Translations under genes and position numbers: made by a program
The notes under the pieces: generated by a model
Told to the model about the DNA's origin: nothing
The model's database searches: none
The model's input: the letters and a program-made list of their open reading frames with translations, nothing else
Part shown: positions 9,294 through 18,705 of the stretch, piece by piece
How positions within the stretch are numbered: position 1 is the stretch's first letter
Layout: every line of letters starts with the position of its first letter
Assembly (NCBI GenBank): GCA_020720365.1
Contig: DYOU01000003.1
Location: 4,719-68,718, forward strand
DNA from: Candidatus Elulimicrobium sp.
GTDB lineage: Bacteria; Omnitrophota; Gorgyraeia; Zapsychrales; Fredricksoniimonadaceae
DNA: 64,000 bases
Direction: 5' to 3'

Positions 9294-10375
9294 TGACAAA
9301 ACTCATCAAGAAAAGACGCAACGCCAGAACGGAGATCCACTCTGCTTTTGAAGAAGAAAGTTTAAAAGCCGATCGGGTTAAGATTACAGTCTTCGATTAT
9401 GATGAAATGAATTGTATTGAGAAGGTCGCCGCGAATGTTGAAGATTGTTTTCCTTTCAAGAATAAACCAACGGTGACATGGATCAACATTGATGGCATTC
9501 ATTGTACGGATATCCTGGAAAAATTAAGTGCTCATTATCAGGTCCATCATCTTGTGCTTGAAGATATCCAGAATCTTAATCAGCGCCCAAAAGCAGAAGA
9601 TTTCGGTGATTGTATCTATATTACGGCCAAAATGCTTTCTTTTGATGATGCCAGAAATGATATCCTTGATGAACAGGTCAGTATTGTTTTAGGCGATAAT
9701 TTTGTGATCACGTTCCAGGAGGAGAAACCCGGAGATGGCTTTGATGTGATCCGTCAGAAGATCCGTTTAGGCAAGGGCCGTATCCGCAGGATGAAAGCGG
9801 ATTATCTGGTGTATTCATTATTGGATGCGATCATAGATAATTATTTTGTGATCCTGGAAAGACTGGGAGAGAGGATTGAACAGATCGAAGAATCTGTTGT
9901 ATTGACCCCGGATACTAAAGTCCTGAATACGATCAACAGAATGAAAAGGCATCTGATCTTCTTAAGGAAATCTGTATGGCCTTTAAGAGAGGTTGTCCGT
10001 ACTGTAACTCAAACAGAATCGCCATTGATCAACGAACAGTCTTTGGCTTATTTTCGAGACATCAGTGATCATGTGATCCAGGCGCTGGATACGATCGAAG
10101 CTTTTCGGGAGACGGTGGCGGGGATGCTGGATATTTATTTATCTACCCTCAGTCACCGCCTTAACGAAGTCATGAAAGTCCTCACCATCATAGCAACGAT
10201 CTTCATGCCGCTCACTTTTATCGCCGGTATTTACGGGATGAATTTTAATACTCAGGCGTCAGGATTCAATATGCCGGAATTAAATTGGCCGTTCGGTTAC
10301 TTTATTATTCTTGCTGTTATGGTAGGGATCGTTTCTGGTATGGTGATATTTTTTCGAAAGAAGGGCTGGTTTTAG
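9293..10375 (+). CDS. corA: CorA-family magnesium/cobalt transporter
   Basis: 360 aa with a cytoplasmic N-domain, two C-terminal TM helices and the signature YGMNF (GMN motif). Confidence 0.9.
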   Translation: MTKLIKKRRNARTEIHSAFEEESLKADRVKITVFDYDEMNCIEKVAANVEDCFPFKNKPTVTWINIDGIHCTDILEKLSAHYQVHHLVLEDIQNLNQRPKAEDFGDCIYITAKMLSFDDARNDILDEQVSIVLGDNFVITFQEEKPGDGFDVIRQKIRLGKGRIRRMKADYLVYSLLDAIIDNYFVILERLGERIEQIEESVVLTPDTKVLNTINRMKRHLIFLRKSVWPLREVVRTVTQTESPLINEQSLAYFRDISDHVIQALDTIEAFRETVAGMLDIYLSTLSHRLNEVMKVLTIIATIFMPLTFIAGIYGMNFNTQASGFNMPELNWPFGYFIILAVMVGIVSGMVIFFRKKGWF

Positions 10376-10376
10376 T

Positions 10377-10751
10377 ATGATGCATTTGGTAAAATTATGG
10401 CTTCCGGTTTTTATTTGGGCCGCGGGTATTTATTTCTTTTCCGGAATATCGGACTTGAGCACCGGCCTGGAACAGGATCATCTGATCCGGAAATTCGGAC
10501 ATATTCTGGAGTATCTGATCCTTTTTTTGTTGTTGTACAGGGCCCTTTACAGAACCTCTGCGGCGTTTCAAAGGTCATCCGTGCCGTTCGCGGCGGCCGC
10601 AACTTTACTTTATGCTGTTTCGGATGAATTTCATCAATCATTTGTAGCAGGGAGAACGGGTTCTTTTATTGACGTTTGTATTGATTCTATTGGTATTGGC
10701 ATTGGAGTGTTATTGATCAGGTTTGTCTTTTATAAATTTGGAAAAACCTAA
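10377..10751 (+). CDS. VanZ-like membrane protein
   Basis: 124 aa with 4 TM segments and the motif SDEFHQSFVAGRTGSFIDVCIDSIG, characteristic of the VanZ family. Confidence 0.7.
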   Translation: MMHLVKLWLPVFIWAAGIYFFSGISDLSTGLEQDHLIRKFGHILEYLILFLLLYRALYRTSAAFQRSSVPFAAAATLLYAVSDEFHQSFVAGRTGSFIDVCIDSIGIGIGVLLIRFVFYKFGKT

Positions 10752-10760
10752 GGAGGTTAT

Positions 10761-11042
10761 ATGGCAGTTAAAGCAAGAGCACGGCATATTTTAGTGCCAA
10801 CGGAGAAAGAGTGTTTAACTCTCAAGCTTCAGATCGAAGGCGGCACTCCATTCGCTGATATTGCGAAGAAGCATTCTAAATGTCCGTCTGGAAGCCAGGG
10901 CGGGGATCTGGGCGAGTTTACTCAAGGTCAAATGGTCCCTGAATTTGATAAAGTTGTTTTTGCTGATGCCGTTGGAAAGGTGCATGGCCCTGTCAAGACT
11001 CAGTTCGGATACCATCTGATTGAAATAACGAAACGCGCCTAA
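10761..11042 (+). CDS. ppiC: Parvulin-type peptidyl-prolyl cis-trans isomerase (PpiC/Par10-like)
   Basis: 93 aa with ARHILV, GGDLGEFTQGQMVPEFD and FGYHLIE. GGAGG lies upstream. Confidence 0.85.
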   Translation: MAVKARARHILVPTEKECLTLKLQIEGGTPFADIAKKHSKCPSGSQGGDLGEFTQGQMVPEFDKVVFADAVGKVHGPVKTQFGYHLIEITKRA

Positions 11043-11056
11043 CAAAGGAAGCTTTT

Positions 11057-13060
11057 ATGCCAGTTCCAGGGAAGATCAAAAAAGCAGCCATGGCGAATGA
11101 ACAAGCATGGCCAAAAGCCGATAATCGGCGGATCGTTATTGAGGGAGTTGTTCCTGAAGTTGATCATGGTACTGTGCCGATCAAACGCATCCCAGGGGAA
11201 GAAGTCCGGGTGCGTGCGGATATTTATAGTGATGGCCATAACAGTATCAGCGCCCAGTTGTTGTTCCGTCAGAAATCCAGCCAGCTTTGGGCCAGCGTTC
11301 CAATGACACTCTTGGGTAATGATCTCTGGGAAGGAAAATTCCTTATATCTTTATTTAAAGATCATGAATATACCATTCGAGCCTGGGTTAATCTTTTTGA
11401 AACCTGGCAGAAAGAATTTCGTAAGCGCCTTGAAGCGCATCAGGATCTCACGATGCACATAACGGTAGGTAAAGCCATCCTGAAACAATTACTGTCGGAA
11501 GATATTCAGGACGACCATCTGATCGACCCTGTTGAACGGCAGCGCATTATGGATCAGTGTCAGGGGGAGATGACCCCTCAGGCATTACTTGATGAACGTT
11601 TGACAGTGTTCAGTCAAAATATCCCTGATCGTTTAACCTGTTATGATTATTTAAAAATACTACCTGTTCAGGTTGACCGTAAACAAGCGCTTTTCAGCAG
11701 TTGGTATGAATTTTTTCCTCGCTCTTTTGGAAAGACCGGGCATCACGGTCGTTTCAGGGATTGCCTTCCTGTCCTGAAAGAGGTTGCCCGTATGGGTTTT
11801 GATGTTGTCTACCTGCCGCCTATTCATCCTGTGGGGGTTACGCGACGTAAAGGGCGTAATAATTCTACGCAGAGCGAGACAGGTGATCCTGGCAGCCCAT
11901 GGGCTATCGGGAGTCCTTTCGGAGGGCATAAAGCGGTTCATCCGGATCTGGGAACGATCGAGGATTTTTCCTGGTTTGTGAGAGAAGCGAAAGCGTTGGG
12001 ATTAGAGATCGCGCTCGACGTCGCGTATCAATGTTCTCCCGATCATCCTTATGTGAAAGAGCATCCGGAGTGGTTCGCCAAAAGACCTGACGGCTCTATT
12101 CAGTATGCCGAGAATCCACCCAAGAAGTATGAAGACGTATATCCGATCGACTTTAATTCTCCTGATAAGGCAGCGTTATGGATGGAATTGAAGAGTGTGA
12201 TCGATTTCTGGATATCCCACGGAGTAAAGATATTTCGTATTGATAATCCGCATACCAAACCTTTTGTTTTCTGGAGCTGGATGATTGGGGAGATCCGAAA
12301 AGTTTGTCCGGATGTTATTTTTCTGGCCGAAGCTTTTACGCGTCCAAAAGTTATGAATCAATTGGCGAAGAACGGGTTTTCTCAATCGTACACATATTTT
12401 ACATGGCGTTCTACCAAAGAAGAGATCATTCAATATGTAGGGCAATTGATCACGGGAGAATCCAGGGAAGTTTATCGGCCGAATTTTTGGCCCAACACAC
12501 CGGATATTCTGCCCGTTCATTTACAGAATGCGCCACGATCAATGTTTATTATCCGCTTCGTCCTGGCTTCAACGCTTTCATCCAACTATGGTATTTATGG
12601 GCCGGTTTACGAGCTGTGCGAGAATCAGCCGGTTGAAGGTAAGGAAGAGTATGTTCATTCGGAGAAATATGAATTAAAGTCCTGGGATTGGGATCGCGCA
12701 GGCCATATAAAAGAAGTTATCACTCAAGTGAATCAATTAAGAAAGATCATGCCTGAACTGCAGACAACCTGGAATACACGATTCTGTGATATTGAGAACT
12801 CCAAGATCATTGCGTACACAAAGTCCAGTCATGACGGGAAGAGACATCTGCTGATCGCGGTTAATTTGGACCCACTCAAAGACCAGACGGGATGGGTTAA
12901 GGTTCCTTTGTATGACTGGAATGCCAATTTGAATAGTCGTTATGAAGCGTTGGATCTGATCACACAGGCCAAGAGTCAATGGCAGGGGGAATGGAACCAG
13001 GTGATCCTTGATACCAAAGAGCGACAGTTTTTGATTTACGAGTTACGGTTCCAACAATAA
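11057..13060 (+). CDS. glgE: Alpha-1,4-glucan:maltose-1-phosphate maltosyltransferase
   Basis: 667 aa. N-terminal GlgE-specific domain RIVIEGVVPEVDHGTVPIKRIPGEEVRVRADIYSDGH and GH13 catalytic motifs (DVVYLPPIHP, KIFRIDNPHTKPFVFW, IFLAEAFT). Confidence 0.85.
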   Translation: MPVPGKIKKAAMANEQAWPKADNRRIVIEGVVPEVDHGTVPIKRIPGEEVRVRADIYSDGHNSISAQLLFRQKSSQLWASVPMTLLGNDLWEGKFLISLFKDHEYTIRAWVNLFETWQKEFRKRLEAHQDLTMHITVGKAILKQLLSEDIQDDHLIDPVERQRIMDQCQGEMTPQALLDERLTVFSQNIPDRLTCYDYLKILPVQVDRKQALFSSWYEFFPRSFGKTGHHGRFRDCLPVLKEVARMGFDVVYLPPIHPVGVTRRKGRNNSTQSETGDPGSPWAIGSPFGGHKAVHPDLGTIEDFSWFVREAKALGLEIALDVAYQCSPDHPYVKEHPEWFAKRPDGSIQYAENPPKKYEDVYPIDFNSPDKAALWMELKSVIDFWISHGVKIFRIDNPHTKPFVFWSWMIGEIRKVCPDVIFLAEAFTRPKVMNQLAKNGFSQSYTYFTWRSTKEEIIQYVGQLITGESREVYRPNFWPNTPDILPVHLQNAPRSMFIIRFVLASTLSSNYGIYGPVYELCENQPVEGKEEYVHSEKYELKSWDWDRAGHIKEVITQVNQLRKIMPELQTTWNTRFCDIENSKIIAYTKSSHDGKRHLLIAVNLDPLKDQTGWVKVPLYDWNANLNSRYEALDLITQAKSQWQGEWNQVILDTKERQFLIYELRFQQ

Positions 13061-13068
13061 ACGCGGGG

Positions 13069-14271
13069 TTATTTTAACGTTAATTGTTGATAGAGGTTCA
13101 ATGTTTTCTGGGCGACACTATCCCAGCTGAACAAGTTAATTACCCGTTGACGCCCCGCCTTCCCCATCCGTTCACGAAGGTCTTTATTAGCCATCAAATG
13201 ATTGATCCCATCGGCGAGAGCCTGGGCGAATTTCTCAGGGTTTACAGGTCGCGAGAGGAGATCATTCGTTAAATCAATGGGGATCAGCGTTCCTGTGATG
13301 CCATCGGCCACAGCTTCTTTGATGCCGCCTACCGCTGTGGCGACAATGGGCGTCTCGCAGGCCATAGCTTCAAGGTTAATGATACCGAAGGGTTCATAGA
13401 CTGACGGGCAACAGAAAGCGGCCGCCTGGGAATAAAGCGCACGTTTGACAGGGATATCGACCATCTCATTGATCCAGATCAATTCAGGATGTATCTGTTT
13501 TGCTTTCTGGTATTCCATGTCCATCTCTTGCGCTATTTCAATTGTATCCGGAGAGCTGGCACATAGAACGATTTGGACATCGCACGTTAGATATTTTATA
13601 GCCCGCAGGAGATGAATAATCCCTTTTTGGCGGGTTATGCGGCCAATAAAAAGAATATACGGTTTTTGAGGATTGATCCCAAAACGGGAAAGGCGTTCAG
13701 GTTCATTGACGGGAGTATATTCCTGAGGGTCAATCCCATTCGGTATAACGGTAATTTTTTCCGGAGAAATATTGAATAGCCGCAGGATGTCTTTCTTGGT
13801 ATCCTCAGAAACAGCTATAACAGCATCGGCCATTTCAATGGCTGTTTTTTCTACCCAACAGCTGAAATCGTATCCTCCGGAAAGTTGTTCTTTCTTCCAG
13901 GGGCGGAGAGGTTCTAATGAATGTACAGTTAAAACCAGGGGAATCCCATAATTAAGTTTTGCCATAATGCCACCCAAATGGGTATACCATGTATGGACAT
14001 GGACAATGTTGGCATCAATATCAGCAGTATTAAAATTTAAGCATCGTTGAGCCGCATCAAAGACCCTGATCAATTCTTTCGGAGAAGCGTAATCGCATTG
14101 ATTGGGATAGCCATTGACCGTAAGTTGACCAGAGATGACCTTTTGATTCCCAAAACAACGGACATCCACGCAGCATAAGCGTGACAGAGACCGGCTTAGA
14201 TATTCAACATGAACACCAGCTCCGCCATAAACGTGAGGAGGATATTCATTGGTCATGATAAGGATCTTCAT
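13069..14271 (-). CDS. glgM: GT4 glycosyltransferase of the actinobacterial-type glycogen synthase / maltose-1-phosphate synthase (GlgM-like) family
   Basis: 400 aa. N-terminus MKILIMTNEYPPHVYGGAGVHVEYL and GT-B C-domain EPFGIINLEAMACETPIVATAVGGIKE. Convergent with glgE, 8 nt apart. The glgM assignment is by family resemblance only. Confidence 0.65.
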   Translation of the reverse strand: MKILIMTNEYPPHVYGGAGVHVEYLSRSLSRLCCVDVRCFGNQKVISGQLTVNGYPNQCDYASPKELIRVFDAAQRCLNFNTADIDANIVHVHTWYTHLGGIMAKLNYGIPLVLTVHSLEPLRPWKKEQLSGGYDFSCWVEKTAIEMADAVIAVSEDTKKDILRLFNISPEKITVIPNGIDPQEYTPVNEPERLSRFGINPQKPYILFIGRITRQKGIIHLLRAIKYLTCDVQIVLCASSPDTIEIAQEMDMEYQKAKQIHPELIWINEMVDIPVKRALYSQAAAFCCPSVYEPFGIINLEAMACETPIVATAVGGIKEAVADGITGTLIPIDLTNDLLSRPVNPEKFAQALADGINHLMANKDLRERMGKAGRQRVINLFSWDSVAQKTLNLYQQLTLK

Positions 14272-14438
14272 AAAAAAAATTATAACATGATTTTCAGGAA
14301 ACCAGAATATTGTTTGATTTAGTTTTATACTTCTATAAAATTAGAAGTAGAGAAAATAGAGACACAAGAAGATTGTATCCCAAGAAATGTAAATTTCTTT
14401 ATACCTGGACTAAAAAGTCCATTTGCCGAAAGGCCTAT

Positions 14439-16883
14439 ATGAAAGAGCAGTCTTTGCTAAAGATATTGATGGTTGATAATAATCCTGCCGAGATAGAGTT
14501 GGCAATTCAAGAACTCAAGAATTTCGGGATCGCCTTGCAGTACAGGACAGTGCATTCAAAGGGATCTTTTATTGCGGCATTGGATGATTTTGATCCGGAT
14601 ATTATTATTGCTGATTTTGCTGGCATTGAGTTCGCTGGTAGGGAGGCTTTAAGGCTCGCTCTCGATAGGGATCCCTTACGGCCGTTCCTTATATTGACAG
14701 GATCAGCAAGTGAAAATGCAGCGATCGACGGCTTGAAGGCTGGCGCTAACGATTACCTTTTGAAAGAGCATATTATGCGATTGCCTTTTGCGGTTACGAA
14801 AGCGTTACATTGTCGTGAATTGCGCTATGAGAGAGATACTGCGGTGATGCTGGAAGAATTGGGGAGAGCCGTCCTTGAAGAGTTGACCAGTCCGGTTGCT
14901 TCCAATGAAATTATACGTCATATTCTGGTAGTGATCAATGAACGCCTGCATTTTGACTCGGTCATTATTCATTTTGACAGTACGATTGTTGCTCAGGTGG
15001 AAGATCAATGTGTTGGAAACTACGTTCCTTTTGACCAAGACGCTCCTTTTTCTATTCCTTTACGTTCAGGGGAAAAAAACATTGGTGTTTTTCAGATCAA
15101 AGACAGACGGCCGGATAGGATCACCCCTCAAATAGTGCAATTCTTTGAAGATCTGGGCGCTTGTATCGGTATTACGGTAGTTAGAAAGGATATGGAACAA
15201 AAGCTGGAAGCAGAACGCTCTTATTTGAAGATGTTGATCGATAATATTCCGGACAGCTTTTATATCAAAGATAAGCAGGGTCGCAAAGTATTAAATAATC
15301 AGGCAGACATGGAATTTATCGGATTAAAAGATCCTAAAGATGTTATTGGAAGGACTGATGCGGAAGTGTTTCAGCCCAAGATAGCACATAAATTTAATAC
15401 AGATGATGAAAAAGTCCTCATGAAAGGCGCTTCTCTTATTAATATCGAGGAGATGGTAGAAAGCCGGCAGGGGAACAAACGCTGGCTTTTGACATCCAAA
15501 CTTCCCATTAAAGATCCATCTGGAAATGTGACGGGTCTTATTGGGATCGGCCGGGATATTACAGAAAGAAAGCTGCAGGAAGGAAAATTGTTGAACATGG
15601 TCCATTATGACATGTTGACAGGGTTACCGAATCGCTCTCTATTCCTGGAACGAGTGAATGTGGGGATCGCTCAAGCCAAAAGATCGGATGCGGCTTGCGC
15701 CATACTGTTTATTGACCTTGATCATTTTAAGGATATTAATGATACTCTGGGCCATTTCATTGGGGACGCTTTATTGAAAGATACGGCTCAAAAGTTGACA
15801 ACCTGTGTTCGAGAAATAGACACGATCGCGCGTTTTGGGGGAGATGAGTTCACTGTTTTCCTGAATCGTATGGAAAATGTGCAAGACGCCCGTCAGGTGG
15901 CAAAACGTATTCGTGATGAACTTGCTTCCTACCGGTCTGTTCTTGGCCATGATATTTTGATTACGGCCAGTATTGGGATAGCTGTTTATTTACTTGATGG
16001 GGATGATGTCGGGATGCTGTTGAAGCATGCCGATATGGCAATGTATGAGGCCAAGCGGTGCGGTCGGAATGGATTTTGTTTCTTCAATGACAAGATGAAT
16101 CAGCAGGTCATGCGTAAGATGCACATTGAGAAGGCTTTGAGAGAGGCTGTTTCCAACGCTGAGTTACAGCTTTATTATCAGCCTATTCTGGGTCTGGGGG
16201 ATAAAAAGATCCGCGGTTTTGAAGCTTTATTGCGCTGGTTCAGAAAAGACGGGGAGCCTCTGCGTCCGGATGATTTCATCCCGATAGCCGAAGAAACAGG
16301 GCATATTGTTCCGATTGGGGAGTGGGTCCTGAGAGAGGCCTGTTCTTTTAACAAACGGATCATTGATGCCGGTTTTGGGCCACAAGCTGTTTCAGTCAAT
16401 GTTTCTGTGACACAGCTCAAGCGTGTCAATTTTATCCAAACTTTGAAAGCTGTTCTTCAGGAGACCGGGCTCTCTCCGATGTTCCTGGAACTGGAGGTTA
16501 CGGAAACTTTTTTCATTGACTCTTTTGATGACGCGCTGGAGACATTAAAATCAATTCGGGACCTCGGAGTACAGATTGCGCTAGATGGGTTTGGAACCGG
16601 GGATTCATCCCTAAGTCGATTGCAGAAGCTACCTATTTCCAAAATAAAAATAGATCGTGAGTTCATTAAGAAAATGTTAAATGGCCATCAGGAAATGGAT
16701 TTAACATCCGCTATCATTGATCTGGCCCATAAACTAAGGTTGCGGGTCACGGCTGGGGGGGTAGAATCGGAGCTGCAGTTACGTCAATTAAGGTCTGACG
16801 GGTGTGATTTTATTCAAGGTTTTCTGTTTTCACGTCCCTTGCCGGAAGATCAGCTTGTGAAGTTCATGTCGTCTGGGAGATAG
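14439..16883 (+). CDS. Response-regulator receiver / PAS / GGDEF / EAL multidomain c-di-GMP turnover protein
   Basis: REC domain (KILMVDNNPAE ... IIIADF ... LLKE), a PAS region, RFGGDEFTVF (GGDEF), and EALLRW, ELEVTE, KIDREF (EAL). Start moved to ATG 14439 because the 43 extra track codons are AT-rich leader. Confidence 0.85.
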   Translation: MKEQSLLKILMVDNNPAEIELAIQELKNFGIALQYRTVHSKGSFIAALDDFDPDIIIADFAGIEFAGREALRLALDRDPLRPFLILTGSASENAAIDGLKAGANDYLLKEHIMRLPFAVTKALHCRELRYERDTAVMLEELGRAVLEELTSPVASNEIIRHILVVINERLHFDSVIIHFDSTIVAQVEDQCVGNYVPFDQDAPFSIPLRSGEKNIGVFQIKDRRPDRITPQIVQFFEDLGACIGITVVRKDMEQKLEAERSYLKMLIDNIPDSFYIKDKQGRKVLNNQADMEFIGLKDPKDVIGRTDAEVFQPKIAHKFNTDDEKVLMKGASLINIEEMVESRQGNKRWLLTSKLPIKDPSGNVTGLIGIGRDITERKLQEGKLLNMVHYDMLTGLPNRSLFLERVNVGIAQAKRSDAACAILFIDLDHFKDINDTLGHFIGDALLKDTAQKLTTCVREIDTIARFGGDEFTVFLNRMENVQDARQVAKRIRDELASYRSVLGHDILITASIGIAVYLLDGDDVGMLLKHADMAMYEAKRCGRNGFCFFNDKMNQQVMRKMHIEKALREAVSNAELQLYYQPILGLGDKKIRGFEALLRWFRKDGEPLRPDDFIPIAEETGHIVPIGEWVLREACSFNKRIIDAGFGPQAVSVNVSVTQLKRVNFIQTLKAVLQETGLSPMFLELEVTETFFIDSFDDALETLKSIRDLGVQIALDGFGTGDSSLSRLQKLPISKIKIDREFIKKMLNGHQEMDLTSAIIDLAHKLRLRVTAGGVESELQLRQLRSDGCDFIQGFLFSRPLPEDQLVKFMSSGR

Positions 16884-17024
16884 CGCTTGCCGTTCCCGAA
16901 TGAAGGGGAGGCGAAAATATCTGCACTTAGTGTTGACTTGTGAATATTAAATGCGTAAACTTGAAAAGTTCGTATTATTCAAATGCTTTTATGTTCCATT
17001 AACGTATTTAACTGAGAAAACTCT

Positions 17025-18698
17025 ATGGATATTCCTATCATTGAAACAGATATTTTAGTTATAGGCGGAGGATCTGCGGGGCTTTCTTTCGCGATCCATT
17101 GTGCGGATCTGATCCGGAAGCATAATGAGGATCCAGCTGTTAAAATAAAGATTCCTGATCGCATTATGCTTTTGGAGAAAGGGAGTTCACTCGGAAATCA
17201 TTCCCTTTCAGGAGCCGTTATTAATCCGGAAGTTTTTCGTGAGCTTCTGCCTGAAGTGAAAAGTGAAGAGTACCCATTCGAAACTCCGGTTCTGGAAGAT
17301 GATACGATGTTCTTAACGAAGAGCAGTGCGATCAAGTTACCCTTTCATCCTCCATATATGTCCAATCAGGGGAATTCCATTGTTATCCTTGGGAAATTGA
17401 TCCGTTGGCTGGGAGAGATCGCGGAAAAGAAGGGTGTTCAGGTCTTCTCCGGTTTCAGCGCACAGGAGCTTCTGATAGAGGGTGGCAAATTAGCAGGGAT
17501 CCGTACGAATGCTTCAGGGGTAGATGCCGATGGTAAGCCGCTTCTTAATTATCAGCCTCCGACAGAAGTTCGTGCCAAGATCTTTATTATGGCCGAAGGC
17601 ACCAGAGGGCATTTAACGCGCAATCTCATACAAGCTTTACAGTTGGATAAAGGCTGTAATCCCCAGGTTTATTCTTTGGGAGTTAAAGAAGTATGGGAGA
17701 TACCTCAAGGAGCGTTCAATAAGGGCCGTGTGGTGCATTCCTTGGGTTATCCATTAAATTTTGATCAGTTCGGCGGTGGTTTTATTTATGGTTTAAGCGA
17801 TACAATGATAGCCCTGGGTTATGTTGCTGGCCTGGATATTAAAGATCCGACATTTGACACCCATCGTGCGTTGCAGGTTTACAAGAAACATCCTTTTGTT
17901 CAGGGGATCATCAAGAACGGCAAATTGATCCGCTATGGGGCAAAGACCATTCCCGAAGGCGGTTTATTCGCGCTGCCTCAACTCTATCATGATGGTGTCA
18001 TGATCATTGGAGATTCAGCAGGTTTCCTGGCTATGCCGAGCCTTAAAGGAGTTCATTTATCTATTCGTTCGGCGATGCTTGCGGCCAGGGCGGCTATGGA
18101 AGCATTGAAGAATAAAGATTATTCCTGCGCGCAATTATCTGCATATGAAAAGTCTTTTAAGGATAGTTCAGTTTATAGGGAGTTATATCCTGTCCGTAAT
18201 TTCCGTCAAGCCTTTAAAGATAATCTAATTCTGGGGGCATTGCAGTTTGGCACACAATTAGTGACTGGCGGCCGAGGATTTTCCTTTTCCGGCCGTTTGA
18301 CAATGAATGAAGATCGTGCGCATTGTCAAAAGATTGAAGAACTTCATGGAAAGGTATTTGGCGGGAATGAACCTTTCGATAAGTGCGCTACGTTTGATAA
18401 AGAAACAGAGATCTTTTTTTCCGGTACAAAACATGATGAAGAGCAACCATCTCATATTCATGTTCAAAGCGTTGAAAAATGCGCCACTTGTATCGAAACG
18501 TATGGTGGGCCTTGCCAGTATTTCTGTCCGGCACAGGTTTTTGAAATAAGTACCGATTCAAAGACGGGCAAGAAGGGTCTGAAACTTCATCCATCGAATT
18601 GTGTGCATTGTAAAACATGTGATATTAAAGATCCTTATCGTAATGTGATCTGGGAAACGCCGTATGGCGGCGATGGCCCGGAATATGAGAATATGTGA
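17025..18698 (+). CDS. Electron-transfer flavoprotein:quinone oxidoreductase (ETF-QO)
   Basis: 557 aa. FAD-binding DILVIGGGSAGLS and a C-terminal Fe-S/ETF-QO signature CPAQVFE ... NCVHCKTCDIKDPYRNVIWETPYGGDGPEYENM. Confidence 0.9.
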   Translation: MDIPIIETDILVIGGGSAGLSFAIHCADLIRKHNEDPAVKIKIPDRIMLLEKGSSLGNHSLSGAVINPEVFRELLPEVKSEEYPFETPVLEDDTMFLTKSSAIKLPFHPPYMSNQGNSIVILGKLIRWLGEIAEKKGVQVFSGFSAQELLIEGGKLAGIRTNASGVDADGKPLLNYQPPTEVRAKIFIMAEGTRGHLTRNLIQALQLDKGCNPQVYSLGVKEVWEIPQGAFNKGRVVHSLGYPLNFDQFGGGFIYGLSDTMIALGYVAGLDIKDPTFDTHRALQVYKKHPFVQGIIKNGKLIRYGAKTIPEGGLFALPQLYHDGVMIIGDSAGFLAMPSLKGVHLSIRSAMLAARAAMEALKNKDYSCAQLSAYEKSFKDSSVYRELYPVRNFRQAFKDNLILGALQFGTQLVTGGRGFSFSGRLTMNEDRAHCQKIEELHGKVFGGNEPFDKCATFDKETEIFFSGTKHDEEQPSHIHVQSVEKCATCIETYGGPCQYFCPAQVFEISTDSKTGKKGLKLHPSNCVHCKTCDIKDPYRNVIWETPYGGDGPEYENM

Positions 18699-18705
18699 GG
18701 ACTGT

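Noticed and set aside
14310-14438. Track start giving a 43-aa N-terminal extension on the GGDEF-EAL protein. Similar long track starts occur at 18664, 26536 and 31993.
   Set aside because: The extensions overlap upstream genes or AT-rich leader and add residues that do not look like domains. Internal ATGs with SD sequences or ATGA coupling fit the conserved N-termini better.
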